Positions 8,424-17,732 of a DNA stretch of 64,000 nucleotides are shown here, piece after piece; the first letter of the stretch is position 1; each line of letters starts with the position of its first letter. The stretch lies in the sequence record MZ726793.1; one strand, 5' to 3'. This DNA comes from Escherichia phage vB_EcoM_ASO2A. A program made the translations under genes and the position numbers. The notes beneath the pieces were generated by a model. That model did no database searches and was not told the origin of the DNA. It saw only the letters and a list, made by a program, of their open reading frames with translations.

Positions 8424-8871
8424 AGTAGGGATTACTTATAAATTCAAAAGCGTTGCTGACCAAGGAGATATGGCAACACATGACAAAGCAAATATTGCTG
8501 TTTGCCAAGCGATTGGAAACGAAGTTTTCAAAGTTATGAATACAGATGATAAGTATGGTCATGTTCTTGAGTTTTATATCAATGGTACCCTCTATACAGC
8601 AGGTGTTACCCCAGGGTTTAATTCGTATACTTATTTGATTGATAACGAAGAATTTAAATATTTTGAAGAAGTAAAGGAGGAAACAATGGGTAAAGCAGAA
8701 CCACAATGGCATGTTGTGATCGTAGGATCAGAGTGTGTAGATGTTTGTTCTAGTTTTGAAAAAGCTTCTGAAGTAGCTACAAAAGCTAAGAAGGATTATC
8801 CGTCGAAGACGGTTGAGATTTACGCTCGTGTTGCAGTAGCAAACGCCACAATCACTATTGATAAGGAGTAA
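8416..8871 (+). CDS. hypothetical protein (tandem paralog D)
   Basis: 151 aa from ATG 8416; N-terminal MFKVG..Y.FK shared with neighbours. Confidence 0.55.
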   Translation: MFKVGITYKFKSVADQGDMATHDKANIAVCQAIGNEVFKVMNTDDKYGHVLEFYINGTLYTAGVTPGFNSYTYLIDNEEFKYFEEVKEETMGKAEPQWHVVIVGSECVDVCSSFEKASEVATKAKKDYPSKTVEIYARVAVANATITIDKE

Positions 8872-8876
8872 AGCCA

Positions 8877-9332
8877 ATGTTCAAAGAAGGTCATGTCTAC
8901 CGTTTCCAGGATGAAGATTATATGCGACTATATTCTACCTTTGATAACAGTATTGCGGCTATCATCGGAGAGAATTTTTTCGAGGTGTTGAGCACTGATG
9001 CAAATGGTAATATCTTGTCAATTGTTGTGATAGGGAGAGACGGTATTATCACTGCTAGTGATGGGGATCGTTACATAATCAATTCTGCTCATATAGATTA
9101 TTTTGTTGACGGTGGTATTCGTGGTGGTCGTGGAAAACCCCAAGAAGAACCTGTTGATACAACAAAAGAAGAGTGGTATGTTGTAATGACTGATGACACC
9201 TGTATTTCTGGGTTTGAAAGTTATGAAGAAGCTTTGAAAGAGGCAGCAGAGCATAAAATGTCTAATCCTACAGAAGAGGTTGAAGTTTATAAACGTTTGG
9301 TTGTTGCTACCATCGGCGTATCTTTTGTTTAA
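8877..9332 (+). CDS. hypothetical protein (tandem paralog D)
   Basis: 151-aa ORF; SD AAGGAG. Confidence 0.55.
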   Translation: MFKEGHVYRFQDEDYMRLYSTFDNSIAAIIGENFFEVLSTDANGNILSIVVIGRDGIITASDGDRYIINSAHIDYFVDGGIRGGRGKPQEEPVDTTKEEWYVVMTDDTCISGFESYEEALKEAAEHKMSNPTEEVEVYKRLVVATIGVSFV

Positions 9333-9344
9333 AAGGGGAATGTT

Positions 9345-9782
9345 ATGTTTAAAGTTAATGCTGTTTATTGTTTCAAAAGTAAAGCTGCCTGTGAAGCTTT
9401 CTCTATGATCTCTGATGAAAATTTCAAAATGGCAGCTTTGATTGAAGGGTCTTGTTTCCGCGTCGAGGATGTTAGTGAATCAGGGTCTGTTTGCTCATTG
9501 ATTTTATTGGACAGCGGGGATATTATTGAAGCTGGACAGTATCCGTTCAGAAGTTGGGAGATATTGTTAGCTCGCGGAGAGCGTAACTTTTTTATGTGCG
9601 TGTCTGCGGGGGAAGTTGTGAAAGAAACTAAGGATGTTTCTGTTTACAATTCTGAATTTATAAGTTATAGTGAGTATCAACATCTGGAAGGCATTGTTGG
9701 TCACTTGTTATCTCTGATTGACATTGAATGTGACCTGCCTGAATCATTGAAAGAAGAGTTGAAAGCATTAGATTTGTTATAA
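9345..9782 (+). CDS. hypothetical protein (tandem paralog D)
   Basis: 145-aa ORF; N-terminal MFKVNAVYCFK. Confidence 0.55.
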   Translation: MFKVNAVYCFKSKAACEAFSMISDENFKMAALIEGSCFRVEDVSESGSVCSLILLDSGDIIEAGQYPFRSWEILLARGERNFFMCVSAGEVVKETKDVSVYNSEFISYSEYQHLEGIVGHLLSLIDIECDLPESLKEELKALDLL

Positions 9783-9809
9783 TGTTTCGCACAACGAAAG
9801 GAGAATAAG

Positions 9810-10109
9810 ATGAATCTGACCGAACAGTTACGCCGTATTGCAAAAGAAGCTTCCTTCAACTTCCCTGTTGAAGAAGTGATCGAGACATGTTTTGCTGAAG
9901 CACGAGCGGGGAATTCTTCAAGAAATTTCACACCATCTGATTTTGGTCTGGATAATTCCCCTACCCACCCAGGGGCGATCTACAATCAGGTGAAGTGGAT
10001 GGATGAAGCAGTAGCAATTCTTCGTGAGCGTGGGCTTATTGTTTATAAAGAAATGGATCTGAACGGGGCATACGAGTGGATCACTATTGATTGGTCCGAG
10101 GTGAAATGA
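9810..10109 (+). CDS. hypothetical protein
   Basis: 99-aa ORF; SD AAGGAG. Confidence 0.55.
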   Translation: MNLTEQLRRIAKEASFNFPVEEVIETCFAEARAGNSSRNFTPSDFGLDNSPTHPGAIYNQVKWMDEAVAILRERGLIVYKEMDLNGAYEWITIDWSEVK

Positions 10110-10342
10110 TGAAAGGTAACAAGATGAAAGTTAATCAAGTGCCGAGCGCATACACTTTGTGGCTTGCGCGAGCGTTACACCAGACGATCAAAGACCCTAA
10201 GAAGCCAATGAAGAGTGGGAAGAAGTTTATGTCTAAGGGCAAAACAACCTTTGGCTTCACTCGTATGTCTGTTAAGATGAAAAGGCTGGGGTACAAGCCA
10301 AACTACGCTCGTTACCCTTCTGAATACAACTGGTTTGACTAA
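10106..10342 (+). CDS. hypothetical basic protein
   Basis: 78 aa, lysine-rich; SD GAGGTG. Confidence 0.5.
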   Translation: MMKGNKMKVNQVPSAYTLWLARALHQTIKDPKKPMKSGKKFMSKGKTTFGFTRMSVKMKRLGYKPNYARYPSEYNWFD

Positions 10343-10355
10343 AAGGAGAAAGACT

Positions 10356-10532
10356 ATGGCTACTTTTCAACAACTGAAAGATGTTTCACGTTTAGTAAGA
10401 AAAATCCGAGAAGCAGACGCTGCTGTGCGGAATGCATTAACGCCAGCAGAGCGTGAAGATCTTGAAGAGGAGGTGAAAACAGCCGAGAATGCTTTTGCTG
10501 TGTATCTTTCAACACTGTATACAGGAGGTTAA
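10356..10532 (+). CDS. hypothetical protein
   Basis: 58 aa from ATG 10356; SD AAGGAG. Confidence 0.5.
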   Translation: MATFQQLKDVSRLVRKIREADAAVRNALTPAEREDLEEEVKTAENAFAVYLSTLYTGG

Positions 10533-10847
10533 ATGTCAGAAGAACTTAAAGAATTTTATCAAGCATATCATAACTGGCTGTTAGCTGGTGCTCCTGATAA
10601 TAATCCTTTCTGGCATGATAAAGGATTATGTAGTTGCCTCTACCTTTGGACTGGAGGTTATGATGATCTAAATTATGAAATGCAAATGCAATTCCGTGAG
10701 GCAGGATTGTCTGAAGAATACCCGTTTGATGACGGAGACTGGTTTAAATATGATTTTGCACAAAGAAACGGGCTGCTACATTTGAATGCTGCCCGTATAA
10801 AATGGGTAAAAGATCATGCTACACAGGAGGATGTGCAATGCCAATAG
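10533..10847 (+). CDS. hypothetical protein, paralog family A
   Basis: 104 aa; family A motifs (FY..W, GLC, PF, RIKWVKDH). Confidence 0.6.
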   Translation: MSEELKEFYQAYHNWLLAGAPDNNPFWHDKGLCSCLYLWTGGYDDLNYEMQMQFREAGLSEEYPFDDGDWFKYDFAQRNGLLHLNAARIKWVKDHATQEDVQCQ

Positions 10848-11038
10848 TGTTTAGTTTCTTGGTGATTGTTATGGTTGTTCTTTTCGCGGCATGGCTTTGG
10901 GATTTTGACCCAGGAGCAGCGCAGCAAAGAGCTACAGACTGGAAAGAACAATGTATTGTGCTCAAACATGAACGAAATGCGGAGAAATTTCTTGACCTGG
11001 AGTGTGATCGCCTTGTAAGATACAAGCAAGATAAATAA
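10838..11038 (+). CDS. small membrane protein
   Basis: 66 aa from ATG 10838; SD AGGAGG; one TM helix. Confidence 0.5.
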   Translation: MPIVFSFLVIVMVVLFAAWLWDFDPGAAQQRATDWKEQCIVLKHERNAEKFLDLECDRLVRYKQDK

Positions 11039-11052
11039 CCTTGAGGTGCAAA

Positions 11053-11241
11053 ATGGTAATTGAGATTAAACTTGAATATGCTGGGGCTGTTGCCCTGATC
11101 GCACAAATGTTGGGAGCAAAGATTGAAGAAGTGTGTATCAATGCCTGGAGTGTAGAGATTAATGTTCCTATGGATAACATTGCTAATCGCTTGCTGGTAG
11201 CAGAGTGTGAACGCACCAACATAATCTACAAAGGAGCATAA
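11053..11241 (+). CDS. hypothetical protein
   Basis: 62 aa; SD GAGGTG. Confidence 0.5.
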   Translation: MVIEIKLEYAGAVALIAQMLGAKIEEVCINAWSVEINVPMDNIANRLLVAECERTNIIYKGA

Positions 11242-11242
11242 T

Positions 11243-11464
11243 ATGAAAATTAGAGTTTGTGATGTATTGGGTTATGTTGGTTTTGAGAATGTTCAGATTC
11301 CTTTTGTTGTTGAAGCACATCTTGTTAGCGATGACATGACAACATTCTTTGTTACGATAGAAGAAATGTCCAAAGTTGAGGGATGGGAGTGGTTTGAAGA
11401 AGATGTTTGGGAAGGTTGTGATTACGTATTTTTCTCTGACGAAGTGAATATTCTTGCGGAGTAG
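11243..11464 (+). CDS. hypothetical protein, paralog family B
   Basis: 73 aa; SD AAAGGAG; C-terminal motif shared with 7305..7526. Confidence 0.55.
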   Translation: MKIRVCDVLGYVGFENVQIPFVVEAHLVSDDMTTFFVTIEEMSKVEGWEWFEEDVWEGCDYVFFSDEVNILAE

Positions 11465-11466
11465 GT

Positions 11467-11673
11467 ATGTCTTGTTTTACAAAAGCAGTGTCCATATGTA
11501 AGAAACAATATGAAAGTGATTACGGAATATTTAATATTCCAGTAGATCATACAGAGTATTGTTCATGTGGTGGCAGAATGAAGAAAACAGTGATTTATGC
11601 GGATAATGGAGATGAACTTGTTCCGGTTGTGGTTTGCAAAGCTTGTCATTCTGTTAAAACATTAAAAGCGTAA
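11467..11673 (+). CDS. putative zinc-ribbon protein
   Basis: 68 aa with CSCGG...CKAC cysteine pairs. Confidence 0.5.
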   Translation: MSCFTKAVSICKKQYESDYGIFNIPVDHTEYCSCGGRMKKTVIYADNGDELVPVVVCKACHSVKTLKA

Positions 11674-11768
11674 GGAGTCGGGACACCCGACGATTGGAGC
11701 TAAAAATTTTGCGTACAACCCTTTCCGCCCAACAGGGGCGCGTCGGGTAAGTAAAGAGGAGAGTTTAT

Positions 11769-12167
11769 ATGAAAAAGATCATCGTAGGTTTCTTGTTACT
11801 CATTGCATCACTTGGAACAGCAAATGCGTCTCAAGTTTATGAGTGTGTGTCAGATGTGGTTGTTAAAAATCTGAAAGGTGAAGTGATTTCTGGTCCTAAG
11901 AAAATGGCTTCTGTTGTCATTAATAAAGATAACTCCTTTATCCTTAAAAATTCAGGTGGTGCTTTGATGAGTGGCATTCTGCAATACACAGGAGAAAAAA
12001 GTAAAGATGGTAGTGCTATGTATGGTTCACAACAGTTTATTGGCACTACTGAAGTTGTGATGATGCGCACAGAGTATCGAGACACTTTAGCTTGGTTTGC
12101 ATTTCTAAAAAATGATAAAACAATAACGAATGTTCTTACTCTAGAAGCTGATTGTACGCAACGATAA
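11769..12167 (+). CDS. secreted protein with signal peptide
   Basis: 132 aa; N-terminal MKKIIVGFLLLIASLGTANA; SD AGAGGAG. Confidence 0.6.
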   Translation: MKKIIVGFLLLIASLGTANASQVYECVSDVVVKNLKGEVISGPKKMASVVINKDNSFILKNSGGALMSGILQYTGEKSKDGSAMYGSQQFIGTTEVVMMRTEYRDTLAWFAFLKNDKTITNVLTLEADCTQR

Positions 12168-12177
12168 GGGGGGATTT

Positions 12178-12633
12178 ATGACTAAAATGAGACATTACGC
12201 TGTAAACTGCAACGATGCTTGGCGTTTGTGTCCTGATGATCCGACAGAAGGCACATTTGTAAGATATGAGGATTATAAAGAGTTATCGGATGCTGTAATC
12301 GCATTGTTAACTGATATCCGTTCACGTTATCCAGGACAAGATTTCACTTGCCCTCACATCAAACTTCTTGCTTGCCTGGTAGAAGGTGAGAAAGAAGTGG
12401 AAGATGGCTTCAAGCGTGTAGAGTATCAAGGTGAAACTTTAGATGTTCCTGAATTTGTTAATTATATTGCAACAGATTCAAGTGGCGAGCGTTATGGTTA
12501 CACTCATAAACCGGAGATTCCAGATTTCGCTTATGCGTGGCGTATTCCTTATGAAGTTTTTAATGTTGCAGATTGCTGGTATTTAGGAGAAGGAAACAAC
12601 CTTAATTGGCGTGATTCCTTGTTTCAGGTTTAA
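12178..12633 (+). CDS. hypothetical protein
   Basis: 151-aa ORF; SD GGGGGG. Confidence 0.55.
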   Translation: MTKMRHYAVNCNDAWRLCPDDPTEGTFVRYEDYKELSDAVIALLTDIRSRYPGQDFTCPHIKLLACLVEGEKEVEDGFKRVEYQGETLDVPEFVNYIATDSSGERYGYTHKPEIPDFAYAWRIPYEVFNVADCWYLGEGNNLNWRDSLFQV

Positions 12634-12637
12634 CAAT

Positions 12638-12901
12638 ATGAAAGAGACATTGCCAGCAGCATACCGTTTGAATGATGAACGTATTTGGGAGTGGACCGAC
12701 GTTTCTTGTTTTTACCCTGAAATAGTTCAATATTGGCGAGCAAAAGGGTGTGTTGTAGTTATCAACCCATGTGGACCAGTCGATGAAGATTGCTTGTATC
12801 TCGATGGAAAGTGGCACAGTTATTGTCGCTGGCCTTTTGAGTGGATGTGTAAAGAAGATCTCCCAGAGGGTTGGGAGTATCCAAAAGCAAATAGGAGATA
12901 A
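12638..12901 (+). CDS. hypothetical protein
   Basis: 87 aa from internal ATG; weak RBS. Confidence 0.4.
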   Translation: MKETLPAAYRLNDERIWEWTDVSCFYPEIVQYWRAKGCVVVINPCGPVDEDCLYLDGKWHSYCRWPFEWMCKEDLPEGWEYPKANRR

Positions 12902-12902
12902 T

Positions 12903-13265
12903 ATGTCTAAAGATTTTGTTGAAATGTTTGTCAAAGATGAAGAAACTGGTTTAGGCACAGGTTTCATTTGTGAAGAAACCTTTAAACGTGAACAAGAAAA
13001 AGCTATTCTTATGCGAAACTATGATCACGCATTAGAACAATGGAAAAATGCAGAACAAAAATGCAAAAACCTTTATGCAGAAAATAGAAAACTACAAGAT
13101 CAAATGGAGTTGTTAGCTATCAGTTTACGATCTCTCATTTTGGCTGTAGAAGATGGTTTTAAAAATCCAGATGGTTTTCCTGTGAGCGATATTGAACATG
13201 ATTTGTATCTTGCTCGTGGTGCTTACTTCTATGTTAAACAGAAGTCTGTAGAAGGAGAGAAGTGA
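12903..13265 (+). CDS. hypothetical protein
   Basis: 120 aa from ATG 12903; SD AGGAG. Confidence 0.5.
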   Translation: MSKDFVEMFVKDEETGLGTGFICEETFKREQEKAILMRNYDHALEQWKNAEQKCKNLYAENRKLQDQMELLAISLRSLILAVEDGFKNPDGFPVSDIEHDLYLARGAYFYVKQKSVEGEK

Positions 13266-13462
13266 TGGAAGAAAAACTGGAACGTATTATCGAGTTAGCC
13301 ATGTCTATTGGCTACGACGATTGTTTTCTCCAAACTATTGGAGAAACAGAGAACGATTACGACTCTTGGGTGAAAGAGTTGGAAGAACTTAAAACTTCCT
13401 TGATTGCTGACTTTGCTAAAGCAGAGGATAAAGCAGATCGTTACAACTATCTGTGTCGATAA
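13262..13462 (+). CDS. hypothetical protein
   Basis: 66-aa ORF; ATGA overlap with upstream gene. Confidence 0.5.
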   Translation: MMEEKLERIIELAMSIGYDDCFLQTIGETENDYDSWVKELEELKTSLIADFAKAEDKADRYNYLCR

Positions 13463-13465
13463 ACC

Positions 13466-13494
13466 TTGACATTTATTTTATGTATGGTATACAT
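13466..13494 (+). promoter_or_regulatory. sigma70-like promoter overlapped by a palindrome
   Basis: TTGACA, 17 nt, ATACAT; inverted repeat ATGTATG-GTATA-CATACAT across the -10. Confidence 0.45.
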
Positions 13495-13524
13495 ACATTA
13501 TCAACGTGAGCAAGGTGGTGTAAT

Positions 13525-13797
13525 ATGAATAAAGATCGGTTTCTTTCTTTAGTCGCGGAAGCTCCTTTTGATGTTCTTGGGGTGAGATTATGGAAAGACA
13601 GAAACTATGGGTTAGATGTTCAAACATACTCTCTTTGGTTGGTTGGGGAGCACAGCTTAGATGAAAGCTTGTGCATGGGTAGGGATTCTCGTTCCCTCTG
13701 TTTAAAGTTCAGAAGCTTAGAACGCGCAAACAAAGAGCAAGAAAAACTAACGAGGTGGCTAAATGAAAACAAGCGCAAGGTTGATGGAGTTTTATAA
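13525..13797 (+). CDS. hypothetical protein
   Basis: 90-aa ORF; SD AAGGTGG. Confidence 0.55.
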   Translation: MNKDRFLSLVAEAPFDVLGVRLWKDRNYGLDVQTYSLWLVGEHSLDESLCMGRDSRSLCLKFRSLERANKEQEKLTRWLNENKRKVDGVL

Positions 13798-14089
13798 AAT
13801 TTATCTAGCATGGATTGATGTTGGTGCTCCTGATGGTAAACCTTTTCGGCGGGATTGCGGTTTGTGTGCCAACTTATTCGACTATGTGCACGCGGATGGC
13901 TACAATCCCCTTATAACAACCTTGTCAGATGAAATGCACGCACAGTTTTACCACAAAGGGTTAAGTCAAGAATTACCCTTCAATGAGAACTACGATGCAT
14001 ATGTCTTAGAATCAGATGCAGAGGTATGTCACCTGAATGTGGACAGGATTAATTGGGTAAGAGATCGTATTGCAGAGGAGGATGAATAA
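13763..14089 (+). CDS. hypothetical protein, paralog family A
   Basis: 108 aa; family A motifs; overlaps upstream gene. Confidence 0.55.
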   Translation: MKTSARLMEFYKIYLAWIDVGAPDGKPFRRDCGLCANLFDYVHADGYNPLITTLSDEMHAQFYHKGLSQELPFNENYDAYVLESDAEVCHLNVDRINWVRDRIAEEDE

Positions 14090-14316
14090 TGTCGGATTAT
14101 AACTGGTATGAACTTGAGGCTGTTTGTCAGTTTTATGACTCAATAGTTCTGCGTGATCCAATCTGTCAAGAATTGAGTCGCCGTGCAAGTGCATTGGCAA
14201 TCCGTGTTAAAATAAACGGTTGGAACGCAGATTTGGAAAAAGAGTTGGAATTTCTCTTAGAAAACACGCGGGTCTTCCGCAAAGTGTTCCCTGAATGGTT
14301 TGAGATGGAAGAATGA
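14089..14316 (+). CDS. hypothetical protein
   Basis: 75-aa ORF; start overlaps upstream stop. Confidence 0.5.
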   Translation: MSDYNWYELEAVCQFYDSIVLRDPICQELSRRASALAIRVKINGWNADLEKELEFLLENTRVFRKVFPEWFEMEE

Positions 14317-14531
14317 TCATGTGGATTGTGCGTCTTAAGTATGATGGCAAGTTTCCGTGGGAGAAAGATGTTTGTGCTTGTGATTCGGCAGCACATGCCA
14401 AAGCAGCGGGTCAGGCAGTAGTTGACATGTATAACAACACTTCCGTTGATCCAGAAATGGCAGGTGTTACAATGAGCATGTTCACTTACTATTCTTTTGA
14501 GGTTTACTATCATGAAGGAGAGTGGAAATGA
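14313..14531 (+). CDS. hypothetical protein
   Basis: 72-aa ORF; ATGA overlap. Confidence 0.5.
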   Translation: MIMWIVRLKYDGKFPWEKDVCACDSAAHAKAAGQAVVDMYNNTSVDPEMAGVTMSMFTYYSFEVYYHEGEWK

Positions 14532-14848
14532 GCGAAGAACTATTAACATTTTACCGCACGTATTTGGCATGGTTGGAAGCTGGTGCTCCTGAAGGCGAAC
14601 CGTTCACCCGTTGCACAGGTTTGTGCTCGAACCTCTATGATTTTTACGATATGGGTGAAAGCGAACGATACGAACCCGTACTGGATGAAATGCATGAGCA
14701 GTTCTACCGCAAAGGTTTGGTTATGGTGTTGCCTTTCAACAGTAATTTTGGAAAGTACACCTTAGAAGCGGAAAAAAGCCGCTGTCACTTGAATGTGGAT
14801 CGTGTGAACTGGGTAAAAGAACGTGTAGCAGAAGAAATAATTGGTTGA
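14522..14848 (+). CDS. hypothetical protein, paralog family A
   Basis: 108 aa; closest paralog of 13763..14089. Confidence 0.6.
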   Translation: MEMSEELLTFYRTYLAWLEAGAPEGEPFTRCTGLCSNLYDFYDMGESERYEPVLDEMHEQFYRKGLVMVLPFNSNFGKYTLEAEKSRCHLNVDRVNWVKERVAEEIIG

Positions 14849-14902
14849 CAGAGGGATCTATCTTTGTCATAATCATCTCATCGAAACAGAGAGGAGAGAA
14901 TC

Positions 14903-15316
14903 ATGAAAAAGTTTATTTGCACCCGTTCCACTAACAGTGATATCCTTGTAGGTAAGGTTATCAAAGGAGAACTCTTCCATGCAAACGGTAAGAAATATAT
15001 TCTGCTGAAAGATTCTTTCAACGGGGAATATCCGCGCTGCACTTTCTTCAATTACAACACTCCATTTGCTTTAGAAGGAGATGCTTGGGATTGGGCTGAA
15101 CTCAATCCTTGTTGTGAGGAAGAAGAATCTATGTTCTTAGGTTTAAACGTTTACCGTGTAGATTACACCATGTGCGGAGCGGAACATTCTGTTCGCGTAG
15201 AAGCCGAATCCAAGCTACAAGCACCTTTCAAGGCGGGATTGACTTTGGGTCATTGTTTGGCAAACATTGAAGATGTTGTGATCCAAAGAGTTGTTTTAGA
15301 GAAAGAGGCTATTTGA
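14903..15316 (+). CDS. hypothetical protein
   Basis: 137-aa ORF; SD GAGAGGAGAG. Confidence 0.55.
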   Translation: MKKFICTRSTNSDILVGKVIKGELFHANGKKYILLKDSFNGEYPRCTFFNYNTPFALEGDAWDWAELNPCCEEEESMFLGLNVYRVDYTMCGAEHSVRVEAESKLQAPFKAGLTLGHCLANIEDVVIQRVVLEKEAI

Positions 15317-15369
15317 CAGAAAACGGTGCAATATTTAAAATATAAAGATTAACCACAAAAGGAGAGAAA

Positions 15370-15669
15370 ATGCAAGTTGAAGACCTGATCCAGATTCTAA
15401 ATAAAGCCAAAGAGAAGGGTGCTATCAAAGACTGGAAACGTGAAACGAGTGAAGACCTATCTCACTGTTGCCGAGAATTTTACATCGAAGGTATTGCTGA
15501 CGATCATTATATTATCGAATGGTATATCAACTTAATGACTCTTAAGCACGGTTCGTTTGAGGTTTGGTTTGATGACATTGATGTAAATGGTTTTCATCCT
15601 GGCTATAAAATCGCTATGCAGTTATCTTATCGTAGAGAAGTTGTAGCACATTTGGGTTTACATAACTAA
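15370..15669 (+). CDS. hypothetical protein
   Basis: 99-aa ORF; SD AAAAGGAGAG. Confidence 0.55.
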   Translation: MQVEDLIQILNKAKEKGAIKDWKRETSEDLSHCCREFYIEGIADDHYIIEWYINLMTLKHGSFEVWFDDIDVNGFHPGYKIAMQLSYRREVVAHLGLHN

Positions 15670-15679
15670 GGAGAAAAGA

Positions 15680-16003
15680 ATGCAAGCAGTTGTTAACGAA
15701 GCTATTATGAACTTATCCTTCTTGTTAGCTGGTTTAGGAGGTGTTCTCATAGGTTTGGCTCTTATCTGGTGTATTCGTCGATTAGTCGGGTACCGACAAA
15801 AAGGTGTTTCATGTTTTGTATCTTACAATTTTACAACTGCTTACAGCAATGAGGTTGGATCTGGCAATGCTCAAGCATTTTTACCAACATATCCTCCTAC
15901 GGTGGAAGATATTCGAAACTTGGAAGTAGAACTTATGGGACTAAGTGATAACTATACATCTCTAGTTATTCAAAATATTTTTCGACTAAAACAGGGGGCG
16001 TGA
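15680..16003 (+). CDS. membrane protein
   Basis: 107 aa; SD AAGGAG; TM helix LLAGLGGVLIGLALIWCI. Confidence 0.55.
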   Translation: MQAVVNEAIMNLSFLLAGLGGVLIGLALIWCIRRLVGYRQKGVSCFVSYNFTTAYSNEVGSGNAQAFLPTYPPTVEDIRNLEVELMGLSDNYTSLVIQNIFRLKQGA

Positions 16004-16216
16004 ATGAAGGTACATTACCCTCATCCGTTTGATCCTAAAAACAAAGCCGTAATTCTTCGTCAGTGGCAACGGGTTTGTCGTACTAAATGTCCAATCAATA
16101 GCCCACACAATGTAGACAAGGACTATCTTGGGACATTTGTTGAATACACTTACATAGACAAAAACAAGCGTAAACAACATGTCGAGGAATACTGCTTAAG
16201 AGTAGAATGGCTGTAA
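16004..16216 (+). CDS. hypothetical protein
   Basis: 70-aa ORF immediately after upstream stop. Confidence 0.5.
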   Translation: MKVHYPHPFDPKNKAVILRQWQRVCRTKCPINSPHNVDKDYLGTFVEYTYIDKNKRKQHVEEYCLRVEWL

Positions 16217-16228
16217 ATAATAAATACC

Positions 16229-16257
16229 TTGACAAATGTTTATTCGTTTTGTAAAGT
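16229..16257 (+). promoter_or_regulatory. sigma70-like promoter upstream of recombinase
   Basis: TTGACA, 17 nt, TAAAGT; near-palindrome AATAAA..TTTATT around the -35. Confidence 0.45.
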
Positions 16258-16286
16258 GAGAATACAGCAATGGTTTAGGAGTGGTT

Positions 16287-16958
16287 ATGAAAAAGTTTGT
16301 TGTTTACAGTCGTCTTTCTAAACAGAAAAAAGGTGAGGCACAATATGGTATGGAGAGCCAAGAGAACGATATCCGTTACTTCTTAGACTCTGTACCTGAT
16401 GCGGAAGTTATTGGTCAATTTTCTGAATACTATTCGGGTAAGGGCGATTGGAAGCAACGTAAGGAACTGGTTAAAGCGGTTGAAATGTGTAAAGCTACCG
16501 GAGCAACTTTATTGGTAGCTAAAGTTGACCGCTTGGGTCGTAACAACGCCTCCGTAGCAACTCTTCTAGAAATGATCGATGTTAAGATAGCCATCATGCC
16601 AGACGCAGATAAAATGGTTATACAGCTTCTGTCTGTTCTGGCTGAACAAGAAGTTAGAGGTATTGCTGATCGTATTAAAAAGGGTCTTGCTGTAGCAAAA
16701 AGCAAAGGTGTTTTATTAGGCAGTGCTAATCCTAAAACTGCCGCTGCACGTAGAAAAGGAAAAATGGAATACAACTCTGTTAAAGCAGACGCTTTTGCAG
16801 AGACATTCCGTGAACGTTTGGAGATCCTTAGAGATTTAAATACACCTTACAAAACTATTGCTGAAAAATTCAATAGTAAGAAAATAGCAACAGCACGTGG
16901 TGGTAAATGGGATGCTAAAACTGTTTCTCGTTTGTGTGCCAGACTGAACATTAAATAG
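16287..16958 (+). CDS. serine recombinase (resolvase/invertase family)
   Basis: 223 aa from ATG 16287; N-terminal VVYSRLS...Q with LLVAKVDRLGRN, C-terminal HTH-like region. Confidence 0.7.
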   Translation: MKKFVVYSRLSKQKKGEAQYGMESQENDIRYFLDSVPDAEVIGQFSEYYSGKGDWKQRKELVKAVEMCKATGATLLVAKVDRLGRNNASVATLLEMIDVKIAIMPDADKMVIQLLSVLAEQEVRGIADRIKKGLAVAKSKGVLLGSANPKTAAARRKGKMEYNSVKADAFAETFRERLEILRDLNTPYKTIAEKFNSKKIATARGGKWDAKTVSRLCARLNIK

Positions 16959-16966
16959 GAGAGGAT

Positions 16967-17389
16967 ATGAAACAAGAAAATGAATCTGTAGATCACTTAA
17001 TCATGCTGTCAGCCCTTTTTGCCGGATGGGACGTATTTTTTGAAAATTTGTTCAATTCTGCTACAGATGGTTCCGATTTTATGCGCCAGTTTAAACGACG
17101 AACTGTTGAGGACTATGCTTTCTATTCAGGTCGGATTGAAAAAGGTTACGAAGATACAAATACAACACTCACCATTAAAGTTTTAGATGTGATGTTTAGT
17201 GTTATAGATGCTATCGACGAAAGTCTTCCGATCCTAGATAATTGTAATACGAAAGTCTATGTTTACAAAATAGCTCGTGCTTATGTGTCTGCAAACAGTT
17301 GTCTTCTTTCCACCCAGATTGCCGTGAACAATCTTGCCAACTTGTTTGATGAAGGAGAAACTTTTTATGACAATCGATTTGAAGTGTAA
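16967..17389 (+). CDS. hypothetical protein
   Basis: 140-aa ORF; SD AGGAGAGG. Confidence 0.55.
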   Translation: MKQENESVDHLIMLSALFAGWDVFFENLFNSATDGSDFMRQFKRRTVEDYAFYSGRIEKGYEDTNTTLTIKVLDVMFSVIDAIDESLPILDNCNTKVYVYKIARAYVSANSCLLSTQIAVNNLANLFDEGETFYDNRFEV

Positions 17390-17732
17390 GAGGATTCTTT
17401 TAGATTTCTATAATAATTGGTTAGAACACCTCCGGCTCTTTCCAAGAGAAAGTGGTTACGCTGATGTTGGCTTATGCCGAGGTCTACGTATGTATATAAG
17501 TGATGAATTTCGGGCCGAGCATTCTTTAGCATATTCTGTTTATGGTATGCAATTAGCCAGTTTTGAAAACGCTGGCTTAGATACAACTTTCCCATTTAAC
17601 ACAGCAAAATCTTTTGAGCAAGAGTGTAAGGAAAAACGTTGCATGTTTAATGAAAAACGTGTACAGTGGGTTAAGGATCGAGTTAAACAACTGGAACAAG
17701 AGTTGGATTTCTTCTATGATGAGGCAGAATAA
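17367..17732 (+). CDS. hypothetical protein, paralog family A
   Basis: 121 aa from ATG 17367; SD GAAGGAG; family A motifs. Confidence 0.55.
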   Translation: MTIDLKCKRILLDFYNNWLEHLRLFPRESGYADVGLCRGLRMYISDEFRAEHSLAYSVYGMQLASFENAGLDTTFPFNTAKSFEQECKEKRCMFNEKRVQWVKDRVKQLEQELDFFYDEAE

